From: a virus | Length of the DNA: 64,000 nucleotides | Virus record (IMG/VR): IMGVR_UViG_3300043395_003089 | Location: 1 to 64,000 of that record | Direction: 5' to 3' (one strand) | Part shown: in pieces, positions 47,113 to 55,748 of the stretch | Numbering within the stretch: the first letter of the stretch is position 1 | How the letters are laid out: each line of letters starts with the position of its first letter | Translations under genes and position numbers: made by a program | The notes under the pieces: model-generated | Databases searched by the model: none | The model's input: the letters and a program-made list of their open reading frames with translations, nothing else | Told to the model about the DNA's origin: nothing

Positions 47113-49188
47113 CTACTCCAACTCCAACATCGCGCCACGAAGCGCGGTGTCATCGGTGAGCGGTTCGAGCGCGCGGCGCAGGTCGTTGATCAGCGCTTTC
47201 GCGTTGGTGACCGACTCGGCGCCGAGCACGGTCTCATAGCCAGCGACGCGCGCCGCGACCGTGCCGATCTCGCGCAAGAGGCGCGCGGCGATCGTGGGAC
47301 TCACGGTCGCGCGCTTGTACGCCGCTTCGCCCTCGGCATCAATATAGGCTTCGCTCGCGTTGTGCCGCTTCGCCGCTTTCTCGCGCGCTTTCTCGCGCGC
47401 CGCTTCGCGCGCCTTGATGGTCTGCTCGGCGTAGTCATCGGCGATCGCTTGCGCCTCGACGGTGAGACCGCGGGTCAGCGACGAGAACAGATCCGGGCCC
47501 GTCGTGACGCTGATCGTTTCGTGGTCGCCCCACAAAGGCGAGATCGCCGCGATCAGCGCGCGAACGGCTGTCGCGTGGCCCGGCGGGACGTACCACACGT
47601 GACCGCGCTTGACCGCGCCGTGCCGCGTGCGCAGCACGCGACCGAGCCACGGGGTGAGCACGCGCGACGTCAGAGCCACGCTCGCGACGCTCGCGCTGTA
47701 GGCGTCGCGGACCATGTCCGCGAGCCGCGGGTTGCCGCGGAACTTGAGCAAGCCGGATTCCGCGTCGCCCTCGACGAGATCGACGAACAGCTCAGCCGTA
47801 CCGTAGGCATCGCCCGGCAACGCCGCGCGATCACCGCCGAGGGCGCGACCCACGAGCCACGTAGCCTTGACGCCCGCGGGCGTCGCGCTCTTGCTGAGGC
47901 GCTTAACGTCCCAATCGCGCCCGCGGAGCGTATCGACGGCAAGCCCCGCGTAGTGTTCCGCGCTCGGCACTCCGGGCGCGTCGCTCTCGCGCTCGATCGC
48001 GATCAGCCCGTCGGTGACCTTACCGTGCTCCGTCGAGCCGGCACCCGTCCAAGAGACCTGCAACCAACCATCGGCCGCGATAGCGCCCGCGATCAAGTCG
48101 CGCTCCGACAGCAAGCGCTGACGCTCGGTCAACGTCGCGCCGCGCGTGGCGTTCGTCGGCACGAACGCGCGTTGTGCACGGGGCAGGGCGAAGATCCCGA
48201 TGCTCGCGCCGCTGTCGACGGACGCGCTACCGTTGCCGCGTGTCGTCGGTTCCACGTAGGCCGCTTCGCGTTGCGCCGTCGCGATATTCGCGCCCTCGGT
48301 TGCGATGTTCGCGAGCGCGCTTTCGACGGCCGCGATCTCGCTCGCGAGACCCTGGATCGCCGTGTCGTCGCGGAGTGCCGCGGGGATCATGCTCGCGGGG
48401 ATCGCATCGGGCATGAGGGACGAGAGCGGAATCGCGCCCTCGGGCGTGTTGATCACGGGCGCCGTGCGCTCGTCGCGAACCGTCACGACGGGCGCGCTAC
48501 CCGCAGCGACACGAGGGCGCGGCGCCATATCGGCGTCGGTCGTATCGCGGACGGTCACGTAGGCCACGCCGGGCTCGGAGTGCACGATTCCCGTGACGGT
48601 CTTACGCTGCGACTGGCCACCGTTCGCGCGCTGCACGCGCAGCACGGTCCCGACGGTGACAGGATCGGTCGGGTCGTGGTCGACCCGCGCGCCCCACATA
48701 TCGGGCGACACGCGGCGCGCTTTCTCGCTACCCGTCGCCGGGCGGAACGAGGCGCCCTGCGCCATGAGGGGCACCCACGTGGCCGGGCGCACCACGGGAA
48801 CAGACAGCACGGGTGCGCTCGGGGCGTCCGTCACGACGGGGATCGCCTGTCGTTCGGTGGCCGGCGGGGGCGCGCTCGCGCTCGGCGCGCTACGCGCCGC
48901 TTGGATCGCCTCGAACTTGGCGTTGTACGCCTCGGTAAGCAGCGCCCGATGGGCCTTCGAGAGCGCTTCCACGCGCTCGCGCTCCGGGCCCCCCTTGCTG
49001 TAGGGGCGCACGAGCGCTTGGAGGGCCGCGAGCGCGATCTCCGGGGGGAGCGGCACGATCGCGCCGATCGCCACGAGCAGCGTCGCGAGCCACGCGGGCG
49101 GGTCGAGATCGAGCATGAACGTTTCGTTGTTGTCGGTCGGGGGGAGCGCGGGAGTGGCCATGTCGGGGGTACCTTTCGGGTCCTGCAT
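47113..49188 (-). CDS. large early protein of unknown function
   Basis: 691-aa Ala-rich ORF directly downstream of a consensus sigma70 promoter. Confidence 0.65.
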   Translation of the reverse strand: MQDPKGTPDMATPALPPTDNNETFMLDLDPPAWLATLLVAIGAIVPLPPEIALAALQALVRPYSKGGPERERVEALSKAHRALLTEAYNAKFEAIQAARSAPSASAPPPATERQAIPVVTDAPSAPVLSVPVVRPATWVPLMAQGASFRPATGSEKARRVSPDMWGARVDHDPTDPVTVGTVLRVQRANGGQSQRKTVTGIVHSEPGVAYVTVRDTTDADMAPRPRVAAGSAPVVTVRDERTAPVINTPEGAIPLSSLMPDAIPASMIPAALRDDTAIQGLASEIAAVESALANIATEGANIATAQREAAYVEPTTRGNGSASVDSGASIGIFALPRAQRAFVPTNATRGATLTERQRLLSERDLIAGAIAADGWLQVSWTGAGSTEHGKVTDGLIAIERESDAPGVPSAEHYAGLAVDTLRGRDWDVKRLSKSATPAGVKATWLVGRALGGDRAALPGDAYGTAELFVDLVEGDAESGLLKFRGNPRLADMVRDAYSASVASVALTSRVLTPWLGRVLRTRHGAVKRGHVWYVPPGHATAVRALIAAISPLWGDHETISVTTGPDLFSSLTRGLTVEAQAIADDYAEQTIKAREAAREKAREKAAKRHNASEAYIDAEGEAAYKRATVSPTIAARLLREIGTVAARVAGYETVLGAESVTNAKALINDLRRALEPLTDDTALRGAMLELE

Positions 49189-49211
49189 AGGGGTTTTTGG
49201 GGTGGACTCGA

Positions 49212-49240
49212 ACGATATCCATCCGGCGGGCGATTGTCAA
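49212..49240 (-). promoter_or_regulatory. sigma70-type promoter (leftward)
   Basis: TTGACA-17nt-TATCGT on the minus strand. Confidence 0.8.
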
Positions 49241-49284
49241 ACACATTGTTTTCCTCCTTAGATTTCGCATAGTTACAAGGACGG

Positions 49285-49583
49285 ATCCGAGTCGTCGAAT
49301 CGGATAATAGCCGCGTTCGAGGCATGGGATCCCGCTCGGATCTGACCGGATCTCGCGCTTTCCAGACTCGGATCACGCGGTTGCGCGCTCGGATAGTTCC
49401 GCGTGGAACTATCCGAAATCACTCGGATTTATCCGAGTCACGCCCGCGCGCCGGGCGCCACGGATCGCGCGGGTGGGGGGCTTCGAGCTTCCAGCCAGAC
49501 GCATTGTTTGACACTCGGATTCGAGCTCGCTAAAGTCGACGCCAGCGTTGACCATTTTCGAGTGGAGCTCGAATGACTCGGAT
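49285..49583. repeat. cluster of CTCGGAT motifs with two palindromes
   Basis: CTCGGAT at 49335, 49367, 49388, 49422, 49514, 49577; inverted at 49285 and 49431; 12-bp-arm inverted repeat at 49389-49416. Confidence 0.8.
49508..49536 (+). promoter_or_regulatory. sigma70-type promoter (rightward)
   Basis: TTGACA-17nt-TAAAGT, with CTCGGAT in the spacer. Confidence 0.8.
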
Positions 49584-49588
49584 CTAAA

Positions 49589-49957
49589 ATGCCTCGGCAC
49601 TACCAGCGGCAGACGCCATTCGATCACTCGTCAGGGCGCAGCCCGCGCGTGGTCGACTACGTTGGCGTGCGCCTCGGCGTCGAGCTTCGCCAGCGCGCGA
49701 TCATGGCAGCCGAGCAGCTCGGGATCCCGCTCTCGGAGTGGGTCCGGCTCGTGGTCGCCAACGCGCTCGCGAACGGCAACGCCGGCATGAACGGGATCGG
49801 CGATCCGACGAACGCCGGCTATCTACATGGCCGCTCGCTCGGCTTCGCGCTCGCGCAACAGCAAGTGGCCAACGCGGTACGCGCCGCGATCGAGGGCTCG
49901 CCGAGCAGCGTCGAGGAAGCGACCGCGCGCGGGATGCTGCCGCCTGCGACCTACTAG
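49589..49957 (+). CDS. ribbon-helix-helix/Arc-like regulator
   Basis: YVGVRLGVELRQRAIMAAEQLGIPLSEWVRLVV. Confidence 0.65.
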   Translation: MPRHYQRQTPFDHSSGRSPRVVDYVGVRLGVELRQRAIMAAEQLGIPLSEWVRLVVANALANGNAGMNGIGDPTNAGYLHGRSLGFALAQQQVANAVRAAIEGSPSSVEEATARGMLPPATY

Positions 49958-50226
49958 CTGTCAGCCCAGCGAGCTAGTCTCGTATGCATGATCGCAACCG
50001 TGAAGACGCGGCGCTCGCCAAAGCCGTGCATCGTGTTTCGTACTGCCAAGACCGGCTTCGTCACCGTCGAGACGCAAACGTATTGCGGTGAGACCGTGCC
50101 GGCGGCAGACGGCGTCACGCAGCTCCCTGACGAGATCGAGTGCTGCACCGATTGCGAAACTGCCGTCAAGCAAGCCATCGAGGCTCTGAAGGCAGTCGCT
50201 TCGACGTGAAACTCCGCAGCGAAGCC

Positions 50227-50604
50227 TTAGCGCTCCGGTGTCACGTGCGCGCGGAGCTCGACGATCGCGAGATCGCCGTTGCCGAGCCCGACGCCAGTGA
50301 CGCGCAGCGAGCGCGCTGTCGCCGTGTTGAACTTGCCGGCGATCGTCGAGGCTGCCGTCGACTGGATGACCGGCGTGATGAGCAACGAGAAAAGCCCCGT
50401 GCCCGGCGCCGCTGCCCAGATCGTGTTGTCGGTGATCGCTTCGAGGAGCTGCTTGAGCAAGCTTGGCCCCGGGCCTGCTGTCGCGGCATCGGTGATGAGC
50501 TGCGTTTGCAGCACGTCGCCCACCAACGAGCCCGAGCCATCGTAGGCGTACTCGTATTTGAGGGCGTTGGGGGTCGCGGACTTGAGGGTCATTGTTGCAG
50601 CCAT
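50227..50604 (-). CDS. putative virion protein
   Basis: Thr/Ala/Gly-rich; TGGTAGGGT box 6 nt upstream. Confidence 0.5.
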   Translation of the reverse strand: MAATMTLKSATPNALKYEYAYDGSGSLVGDVLQTQLITDAATAGPGPSLLKQLLEAITDNTIWAAAPGTGLFSLLITPVIQSTAASTIAGKFNTATARSLRVTGVGLGNGDLAIVELRAHVTPER

Positions 50605-50643
50605 GGCCTGACCCTACCACAATAGGCTGACGCGTTGTCAGCC

Positions 50644-51543
50644 CTACGCGGGCGCAGGGTTCAGCCACGTCAGGAGCGTCAACGTATCGCAGCCGACGAT
50701 GCCATCGGCCGAAAGCCCATAGCAGCTCTGGACGTCTTTGATCCGCGCCTCGGTCGCTGGGCCAAAGTCTCCGTCGATAGCGAGCTTGCCCGCGCGAGCT
50801 TGGATCCATTTGACCATCTCGCCGGTCGCGCCGCGCTTCACGAGATTGATCGTGTTGGTGTCGACGGCGCCCGGCGAGAATCCGGGCATCCCGAGCGCGT
50901 CGCCCGCGTACTGGTAGATCAACCACTGGTTGCCCCACGCCGGGATGTACGTCGGATGCGCCGGCATGCCGGTGAAGCGCACGGGCTGACCAACATCCCA
51001 GAGCCACGGCTTGGCGAGCCAGAGTGGGCAGTTGATCAACTTGCCGGGCGCGTGGTTCTTGAGAACTTCATTCCATACGCGTGCACTCGTGTACATGCCG
51101 GGCCATGCGCCGTAGTACAGGCGCAACGCGATCGCGGCTTCGAGGATCCACGCGAAGTATTGATCCGACGAGAGCACATCGGATTCCTGTTCGACGTCGA
51201 AGAACGGCACCATGTTGCGCGCGGGCGAGCCGAGCACCGGAGCTTTCAGCTCGGCGCCAACGTAATCAATGAAGGCCTTGACCTGTTCTTTCGGGCTCGG
51301 AACATTCGGCGCTTTCTTCGTCGGTACGGTGATGAAGATGTAGGCGCTGCGGTTGAGCCCAGCGGCGAGGATCGTCGCCTTGTCGCGGTCCCAGTAGCTG
51401 TCTCGAATCGGCGCCGTGAAGCCACCGAAGATCGCGCGCGGGATGATGAGGCGTGTACCGACGGCCTTCGCCTGCGTTAGCCCTGCGACGGTTAACGCTT
51501 TGATCGTGTCGGTGTTCGCGTAATCGACGCCGAATTGGGTCAT
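50644..51543 (-). CDS. endolysin: GH25-like muramidase plus C-terminal peptidoglycan-binding domain
   Basis: FGVDY, FFDVE, GMYTS, PLWLA, YQY; DGDFGPATE..GLSADGIVG. Confidence 0.85.
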   Translation of the reverse strand: MTQFGVDYANTDTIKALTVAGLTQAKAVGTRLIIPRAIFGGFTAPIRDSYWDRDKATILAAGLNRSAYIFITVPTKKAPNVPSPKEQVKAFIDYVGAELKAPVLGSPARNMVPFFDVEQESDVLSSDQYFAWILEAAIALRLYYGAWPGMYTSARVWNEVLKNHAPGKLINCPLWLAKPWLWDVGQPVRFTGMPAHPTYIPAWGNQWLIYQYAGDALGMPGFSPGAVDTNTINLVKRGATGEMVKWIQARAGKLAIDGDFGPATEARIKDVQSCYGLSADGIVGCDTLTLLTWLNPAPA

Positions 51544-51872
51544 GGCTTGATCTCCTCGATATCGAGGATCTCGTTGAGCTTGGGGAACGCTGGATCGATC
51601 TTGTCGAACGAGTCGAGCACGTGCTGTTGCGGGGGCCCGAGCTTGGAGAGCTGCAACGCGAGGTTCGTGACAGCCGCTTGCTGTTCGAGCTCGTCTTGCA
51701 TCGCGCGCACGTAGGCCTCTTGCGCGCGGCGCCGGATCTTGTCGATCTTGGCCTTGGCGTCATCGCTCGACGTGTCGCCTTGGAGCGCGTGCCAGAGGAA
51801 GCGTACGAGCTCCTCGCCACCATCGATGAACAGGCGAAGGATCTGGGGATCGATTTCGGGCCAGCCTGACAT
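51540..51872 (-). CDS. hypothetical protein coupled to the endolysin
   Basis: ATGA overlap; TGGTAGGCT box upstream. Confidence 0.55.
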   Translation of the reverse strand: MSGWPEIDPQILRLFIDGGEELVRFLWHALQGDTSSDDAKAKIDKIRRRAQEAYVRAMQDELEQQAAVTNLALQLSKLGPPQQHVLDSFDKIDPAFPKLNEILDIEEIKP

Positions 51873-51897
51873 GCTGTCAGCCTACCACGTAGATACG

Positions 51898-52929
51898 CTA
51901 GCTCGCGTAGAGGACGAATTCGATGACGTCGTTCGAGACAAGCGCATTGGACGGCTCGGCGATGAATGCCGTCGTCGAACGCGAACCCTTGGGACAATCC
52001 CAGCCAACGATCGAAGCGACACCCGCGTTGGTTGGCTGCACAGCGTAGTTGGTGTTCGCGACAGCGGCCATCGTGACAGTGAGCCGTGTCTCGCCGCCAG
52101 TCGCCGTGATCGCGACGACGCGTTGCACGCTCGGGAGGTTCGCGCTCGCCGTGATCGTGTTGCCAGCAACGCCGAACGAGATGCTGTTGCTGTTCGAGAA
52201 CACGACTTCGCCGTTGGTTGCACGCGTGGTGCCGCCCGAGATCGACTTGATCGCTGCAAACGTCGCCGTCAGCGTCTGTGCGTTGAGCCCGAACGAGATG
52301 TTGTTCGAGTTGCTGAAGATGACCGCGCCCGTCGTCGCGACTTCGGTTCCGGCGCTGATCGCGACACCCGTCGCCGTGCCACCGACGGTCTGCACGCTTG
52401 CCGTGATCGTGTTACCGTTCATGCCAAACGTCACGCCGTTGCCGTTGAGGAAGCTGACGGTTGGTCCGGTTGCCGTCGAGCCCAGCGCGATTACGCTGCG
52501 GAACGCGTCACCGGACATCGTCATCTGCGAGCTGCCCGAGAGCCCGAACGAGTAGCCGTTCGAGTTGCTGAACACGACGGTGCCAGTCGCTGCGGTTTGT
52601 GTACCGCCTGCGAGCGCGACGCCCGCGCCCGCGCCCGAACCGCCGCCCGCACCTTGCATGATAAACGGTAGGGCTGTGATGCCACCGGGCGGCTCGGCGT
52701 CTTCGATCGAGTGCCAGAGCTCGACGGCGGCATCGACGGCCGCTTGACCGCTTGGCGTTCGCTCGATGGTCAGGTTGGACGCATCGACCGAGACGTTGAA
52801 TCCGCCACCGTTGAGCCAGACATTGTCCGGCGCCAGTGGCAACGCGTTGCGATTCAGGCTGTGGGCTTGCGAAGCGGTGACCCCGATCGCAAGGCCGGTG
52901 AACCGCAGGACGTTTTTGAGGATTGACAC
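51898..52929 (-). CDS. fibre-like protein with VVFSNSNxxSFG repeats
   Basis: Four ~38-aa repeats shared with 59259-60554. Confidence 0.7.
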   Translation of the reverse strand: MSILKNVLRFTGLAIGVTASQAHSLNRNALPLAPDNVWLNGGGFNVSVDASNLTIERTPSGQAAVDAAVELWHSIEDAEPPGGITALPFIMQGAGGGSGAGAGVALAGGTQTAATGTVVFSNSNGYSFGLSGSSQMTMSGDAFRSVIALGSTATGPTVSFLNGNGVTFGMNGNTITASVQTVGGTATGVAISAGTEVATTGAVIFSNSNNISFGLNAQTLTATFAAIKSISGGTTRATNGEVVFSNSNSISFGVAGNTITASANLPSVQRVVAITATGGETRLTVTMAAVANTNYAVQPTNAGVASIVGWDCPKGSRSTTAFIAEPSNALVSNDVIEFVLYAS

Positions 52930-52961
52930 GAAACGACGATATCACATCGTCGAAACGCGGC

Positions 52962-53801
52962 CTACGCAGCCTTGAAGCGCTTGGCGTATTGCTCCATGCA
53001 AGCCCGCAGCGCCGTCGAGACCGGGCGCATCTCGACGCCTAGGGCTGACAGCCGCGTGTTTTGCAAGATGCAATTCGAGCGACCCTTAGAGATCAGGCCT
53101 AGGGACAAGAGCTTGTCGCTGGAGATCCATTCGTTGGTGTGCGTCGGGTCGACGAGCTGCTCGTAGAGAGCAATCAAGTCGCGGTGCCGCATGGCGCCAT
53201 CGTTGACGGCATGGAACACGCCTGTCGCCTGTTGCTCGACGATCGCTTGCACCGCGCGCACGAGATCATCGATCACTGTCACCGAGTTTTCGACATCGAT
53301 GATCTTGGGGTAGCCCGCGAGCTTGGTGATCAGGTTGCGGGGCCCTGGGATGCTGTCGATCGGCATGCGTAGCCGTACGACCGCGACGTTATCGAGATCC
53401 GACAACACGATGTCGCTCGCATACTTCGAGCGCGAGTAGAACGCCGACGGGTTCGCGTGATCGGTTTCGTGCCAGCCCTTGGGGTCCGGCGACTGCCCGT
53501 AGAAAATACAGCCCGAGCTAAGGTGCGTCAGATGGATATCAAGCTCGGCACAAGCGTCCGCGAGCACGAGCGCGCCGATCGTGTTCGAGCGCATCGTGAT
53601 CGTCTTGTTCGCTTCGCACCAGTCGACGTTCGGTAGCCCGGTCTTGCCCGCTGCGTTGATGACGGCTCGCGGCTCGTGGTAGCGCAGCAACGTCGTCATG
53701 AAATTGCGATCGCTGATGTCCTGCGAGATCAAGCGAGCGTCGGGAATCACCGACGCTAGCTTGTGGCCCAGAAACCCGGCGCCGAAGATCAAGACGGTCA
53801 T
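52962..53801 (-). CDS. NDP-4-keto-6-deoxyglucose epimerase/reductase (NRS/ER / RmlD-like SDR)
   Basis: IFGAGFLG, NAAGKTGLPNVDWCE, SSGCIF, YSRSK, LRMPI. Confidence 0.85.
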   Translation of the reverse strand: MTVLIFGAGFLGHKLASVIPDARLISQDISDRNFMTTLLRYHEPRAVINAAGKTGLPNVDWCEANKTITMRSNTIGALVLADACAELDIHLTHLSSGCIFYGQSPDPKGWHETDHANPSAFYSRSKYASDIVLSDLDNVAVVRLRMPIDSIPGPRNLITKLAGYPKIIDVENSVTVIDDLVRAVQAIVEQQATGVFHAVNDGAMRHRDLIALYEQLVDPTHTNEWISSDKLLSLGLISKGRSNCILQNTRLSALGVEMRPVSTALRACMEQYAKRFKAA

Positions 53802-54271
53802 TCGTTGTTGTCCCGCGATTGCCCGTAGCGTGGCGAGATACCAAAGGAGACGCCACTCACTCCTGAATAAACGATCGCGCTTGTCACCGTTGCCGCTGGA
53901 CGCGTCGCTGCCTCGACCGGCTTGTTCGCGAACACGACTTCCGCTGTTGGCGGCGCGAGCGCTTTCGCCGCGTCTTCCTCGTCACGCTTGCGCCTTGCAA
54001 TCGCCGCTCGTGCAAGCAACTCGCTCGCGCGTTCGAGCATCTCCTCCGAGCAGTCGCCAAGCTCGGCACTCGCGATGATCTTGAGCAGCCGCTCCTCGTC
54101 AGCCTTGCGCGCTTTTTCGTAGGCCTGTGCGATCGCCTGTAGGATGGGCTCGACGATGGTTTCTACTTCGTGGCGTCGGTTGGTAGCCTGCGAGTTATAT
54201 TCGGTGATGCGGCTCGCTCGAAGCGAGAGCACCATATCGACTACCGAGAAGACATCGAGCTCCAACTTCAC
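53798..54271 (-). CDS. coiled-coil hypothetical protein
   Basis: Translationally coupled on both sides. Confidence 0.45.
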   Translation of the reverse strand: MKLELDVFSVVDMVLSLRASRITEYNSQATNRRHEVETIVEPILQAIAQAYEKARKADEERLLKIIASAELGDCSEEMLERASELLARAAIARRKRDEEDAAKALAPPTAEVVFANKPVEAATRPAATVTSAIVYSGVSGVSFGISPRYGQSRDNNE

Positions 54272-54903
54272 GGCTTGATCGCTTTCATGAACGCATGGAA
54301 GTCGATCGCCGTGTTCCAGTAGTTGCGCAGCTCGCGCTGCGCGACCTGCGGATGCTTGGTGTTGAGCACCGAATCGACGGTGGTCTGTACGTTGACATCG
54401 AAGTCGCACTTGACGTTGTAGTGATCGAGCAACTGGCTCTTGCGCCACGCGGCCGAGAAATATGCGAACGTCTCTTCGACGAAGAACCGGCGATGCGTCG
54501 GGTCTTGAAATGCGCGGTTGCTACGCCCGGCTGGCACGATCACCGTGAACAAGCCGCCCGGCACGAGCACGCGCCACGCCTCGTCCATGAAGCGAAACAG
54601 TGCATCTTGGCCACCGTGAGCGACAGGCTGACCACGTTCGTCGACATGCACCATCGGGATGTGCTCGGCGAAGTGACTGCTACGCAGCTCGGCGATCGAG
54701 CTGTCCGCAAACGGCCACGGATACGTCATCAGATCGACGACATGTTGCGCGCCCTCCCAGATGTCGACGCCCTCGAAGCCTTCGCGTGGGCGTTGACCGC
54801 ACGCGAGATCGAGCTTGCGCCCGGATGGTGACGCGGCGATCACTGGTGCAGCCGTGTTTGCGGCACGAGCAAGTGTCTTAGCCAACTTGGATTTCTTTTT
54901 CAC
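54268..54903 (-). CDS. SAM-dependent methyltransferase (type 11-like)
   Basis: KLDLACG, WPFADSS, HFAEHI, RVLVPGG, DPTH. Confidence 0.85.
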   Translation of the reverse strand: MKKKSKLAKTLARAANTAAPVIAASPSGRKLDLACGQRPREGFEGVDIWEGAQHVVDLMTYPWPFADSSIAELRSSHFAEHIPMVHVDERGQPVAHGGQDALFRFMDEAWRVLVPGGLFTVIVPAGRSNRAFQDPTHRRFFVEETFAYFSAAWRKSQLLDHYNVKCDFDVNVQTTVDSVLNTKHPQVAQRELRNYWNTAIDFHAFMKAIKP

Positions 54904-54914
54904 GGTGATTTTCC

Positions 54915-55718
54915 TCAGTAGATGATGCCGGTCGCGAGATCGAGATGGCCGACGACCACTCGAAAGTCGACGGCGAAGCGCTTACCCTTCGAGCGCGCGT
55001 TCTTGCAGAAGTAGAGATCTTGCGTGAACGCGATCGGGCTACCGTCGACGACGTCAGCGACGGTGACGAACCAAGGCGGTTCGAGCTGACGGAACAACTC
55101 CATACGATAGAGCGAGCAGCCCATCGCGATGCCGTTCACCTCCATCACATGGCCCTTGGCCTGCGCCTCGCGCACATCGCGTGGCCTGAAGTCGAGCACG
55201 CCAGTTCGCGCGTACTCCTCGGGGTCGCCGTACGCCATCGGCATGTTGATGTCGCCTTTGGTGTAGTAGATCCCAGACACGCCGTCATAGGGCCCAGCTT
55301 CGATCGTCTGTAGGAGCTTGATGTGCGCGTCGGGCGGCTGGAGGTTGTCGGTTTCCATCGTCATGATGTACTTCCACTTCGACAGCTCCGGGTCGGCGAG
55401 TACCTGTTGGATCACTCGCGTATATGCAACACCGACTTCATCGCCGGTCGCGAACAGCATCGCGCGCTTCTGATTCATCGGCGCCATCAGACCCTGCCAC
55501 GTCTGTTGGACGCGCAGATCGACCATCGTGTCTCGTGCTGGGACGATGATCACCGTCGAGTTGTCTTTGTAGGTCGAGCCCGGAAGATGCGTGACGCGCT
55601 CGAAGCCAAGGCCCTCGAAGGAGCCGATATCGACTTGGCCCTTGGGGGGCAGATGATATCGAACACCGTGAGGCGTTGACGCGGGCTGAGGCTTTCCAGC
55701 CGGCTTCTTTTTCTTCAC
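54915..55718 (-). CDS. GT-A fold (GT2-like) glycosyltransferase
   Basis: YIMTMETDN (DxD-like), AMGCSL, QDLYFC, VGHL. Confidence 0.7.
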   Translation of the reverse strand: MKKKKPAGKPQPASTPHGVRYHLPPKGQVDIGSFEGLGFERVTHLPGSTYKDNSTVIIVPARDTMVDLRVQQTWQGLMAPMNQKRAMLFATGDEVGVAYTRVIQQVLADPELSKWKYIMTMETDNLQPPDAHIKLLQTIEAGPYDGVSGIYYTKGDINMPMAYGDPEEYARTGVLDFRPRDVREAQAKGHVMEVNGIAMGCSLYRMELFRQLEPPWFVTVADVVDGSPIAFTQDLYFCKNARSKGKRFAVDFRVVVGHLDLATGIIY

Positions 55719-55748
55719 GCAGCGGACGCTACCACGCTGCTCTGCCAG

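Larger units (their letters stand above)
2320..55748. promoter_or_regulatory. dispersed 23-bp promoter-like element CTG(G/T)CAG-NN-CA(G/C)YGNG(C/G)-TANNN(T/C), 18 copies
   Basis: Minus: 2320, 3343, 5050, 8868, 31257, 35461, 40300, 55726. Plus: 8902, 12411, 13820, 15156, 23220, 23921, 26475, 27174, 31285, 49958. Each is oriented toward a start codon ~6-10 nt downstream. Confidence 0.85.

Noticed and set aside
46972-49272. 766-aa plus-strand ORF
   Set aside because: Arg-rich antisense shadow of the 47113-49188 gene, typical of GC-rich DNA; the minus-strand gene has the promoter
2320-55748. The 23-bp element as a CRISPR repeat or sigma54 promoter
   Set aside because: Copies are dispersed, degenerate and tied to start codons; the GG-N10-GC spacing is not met and about half the copies have TGTCAG
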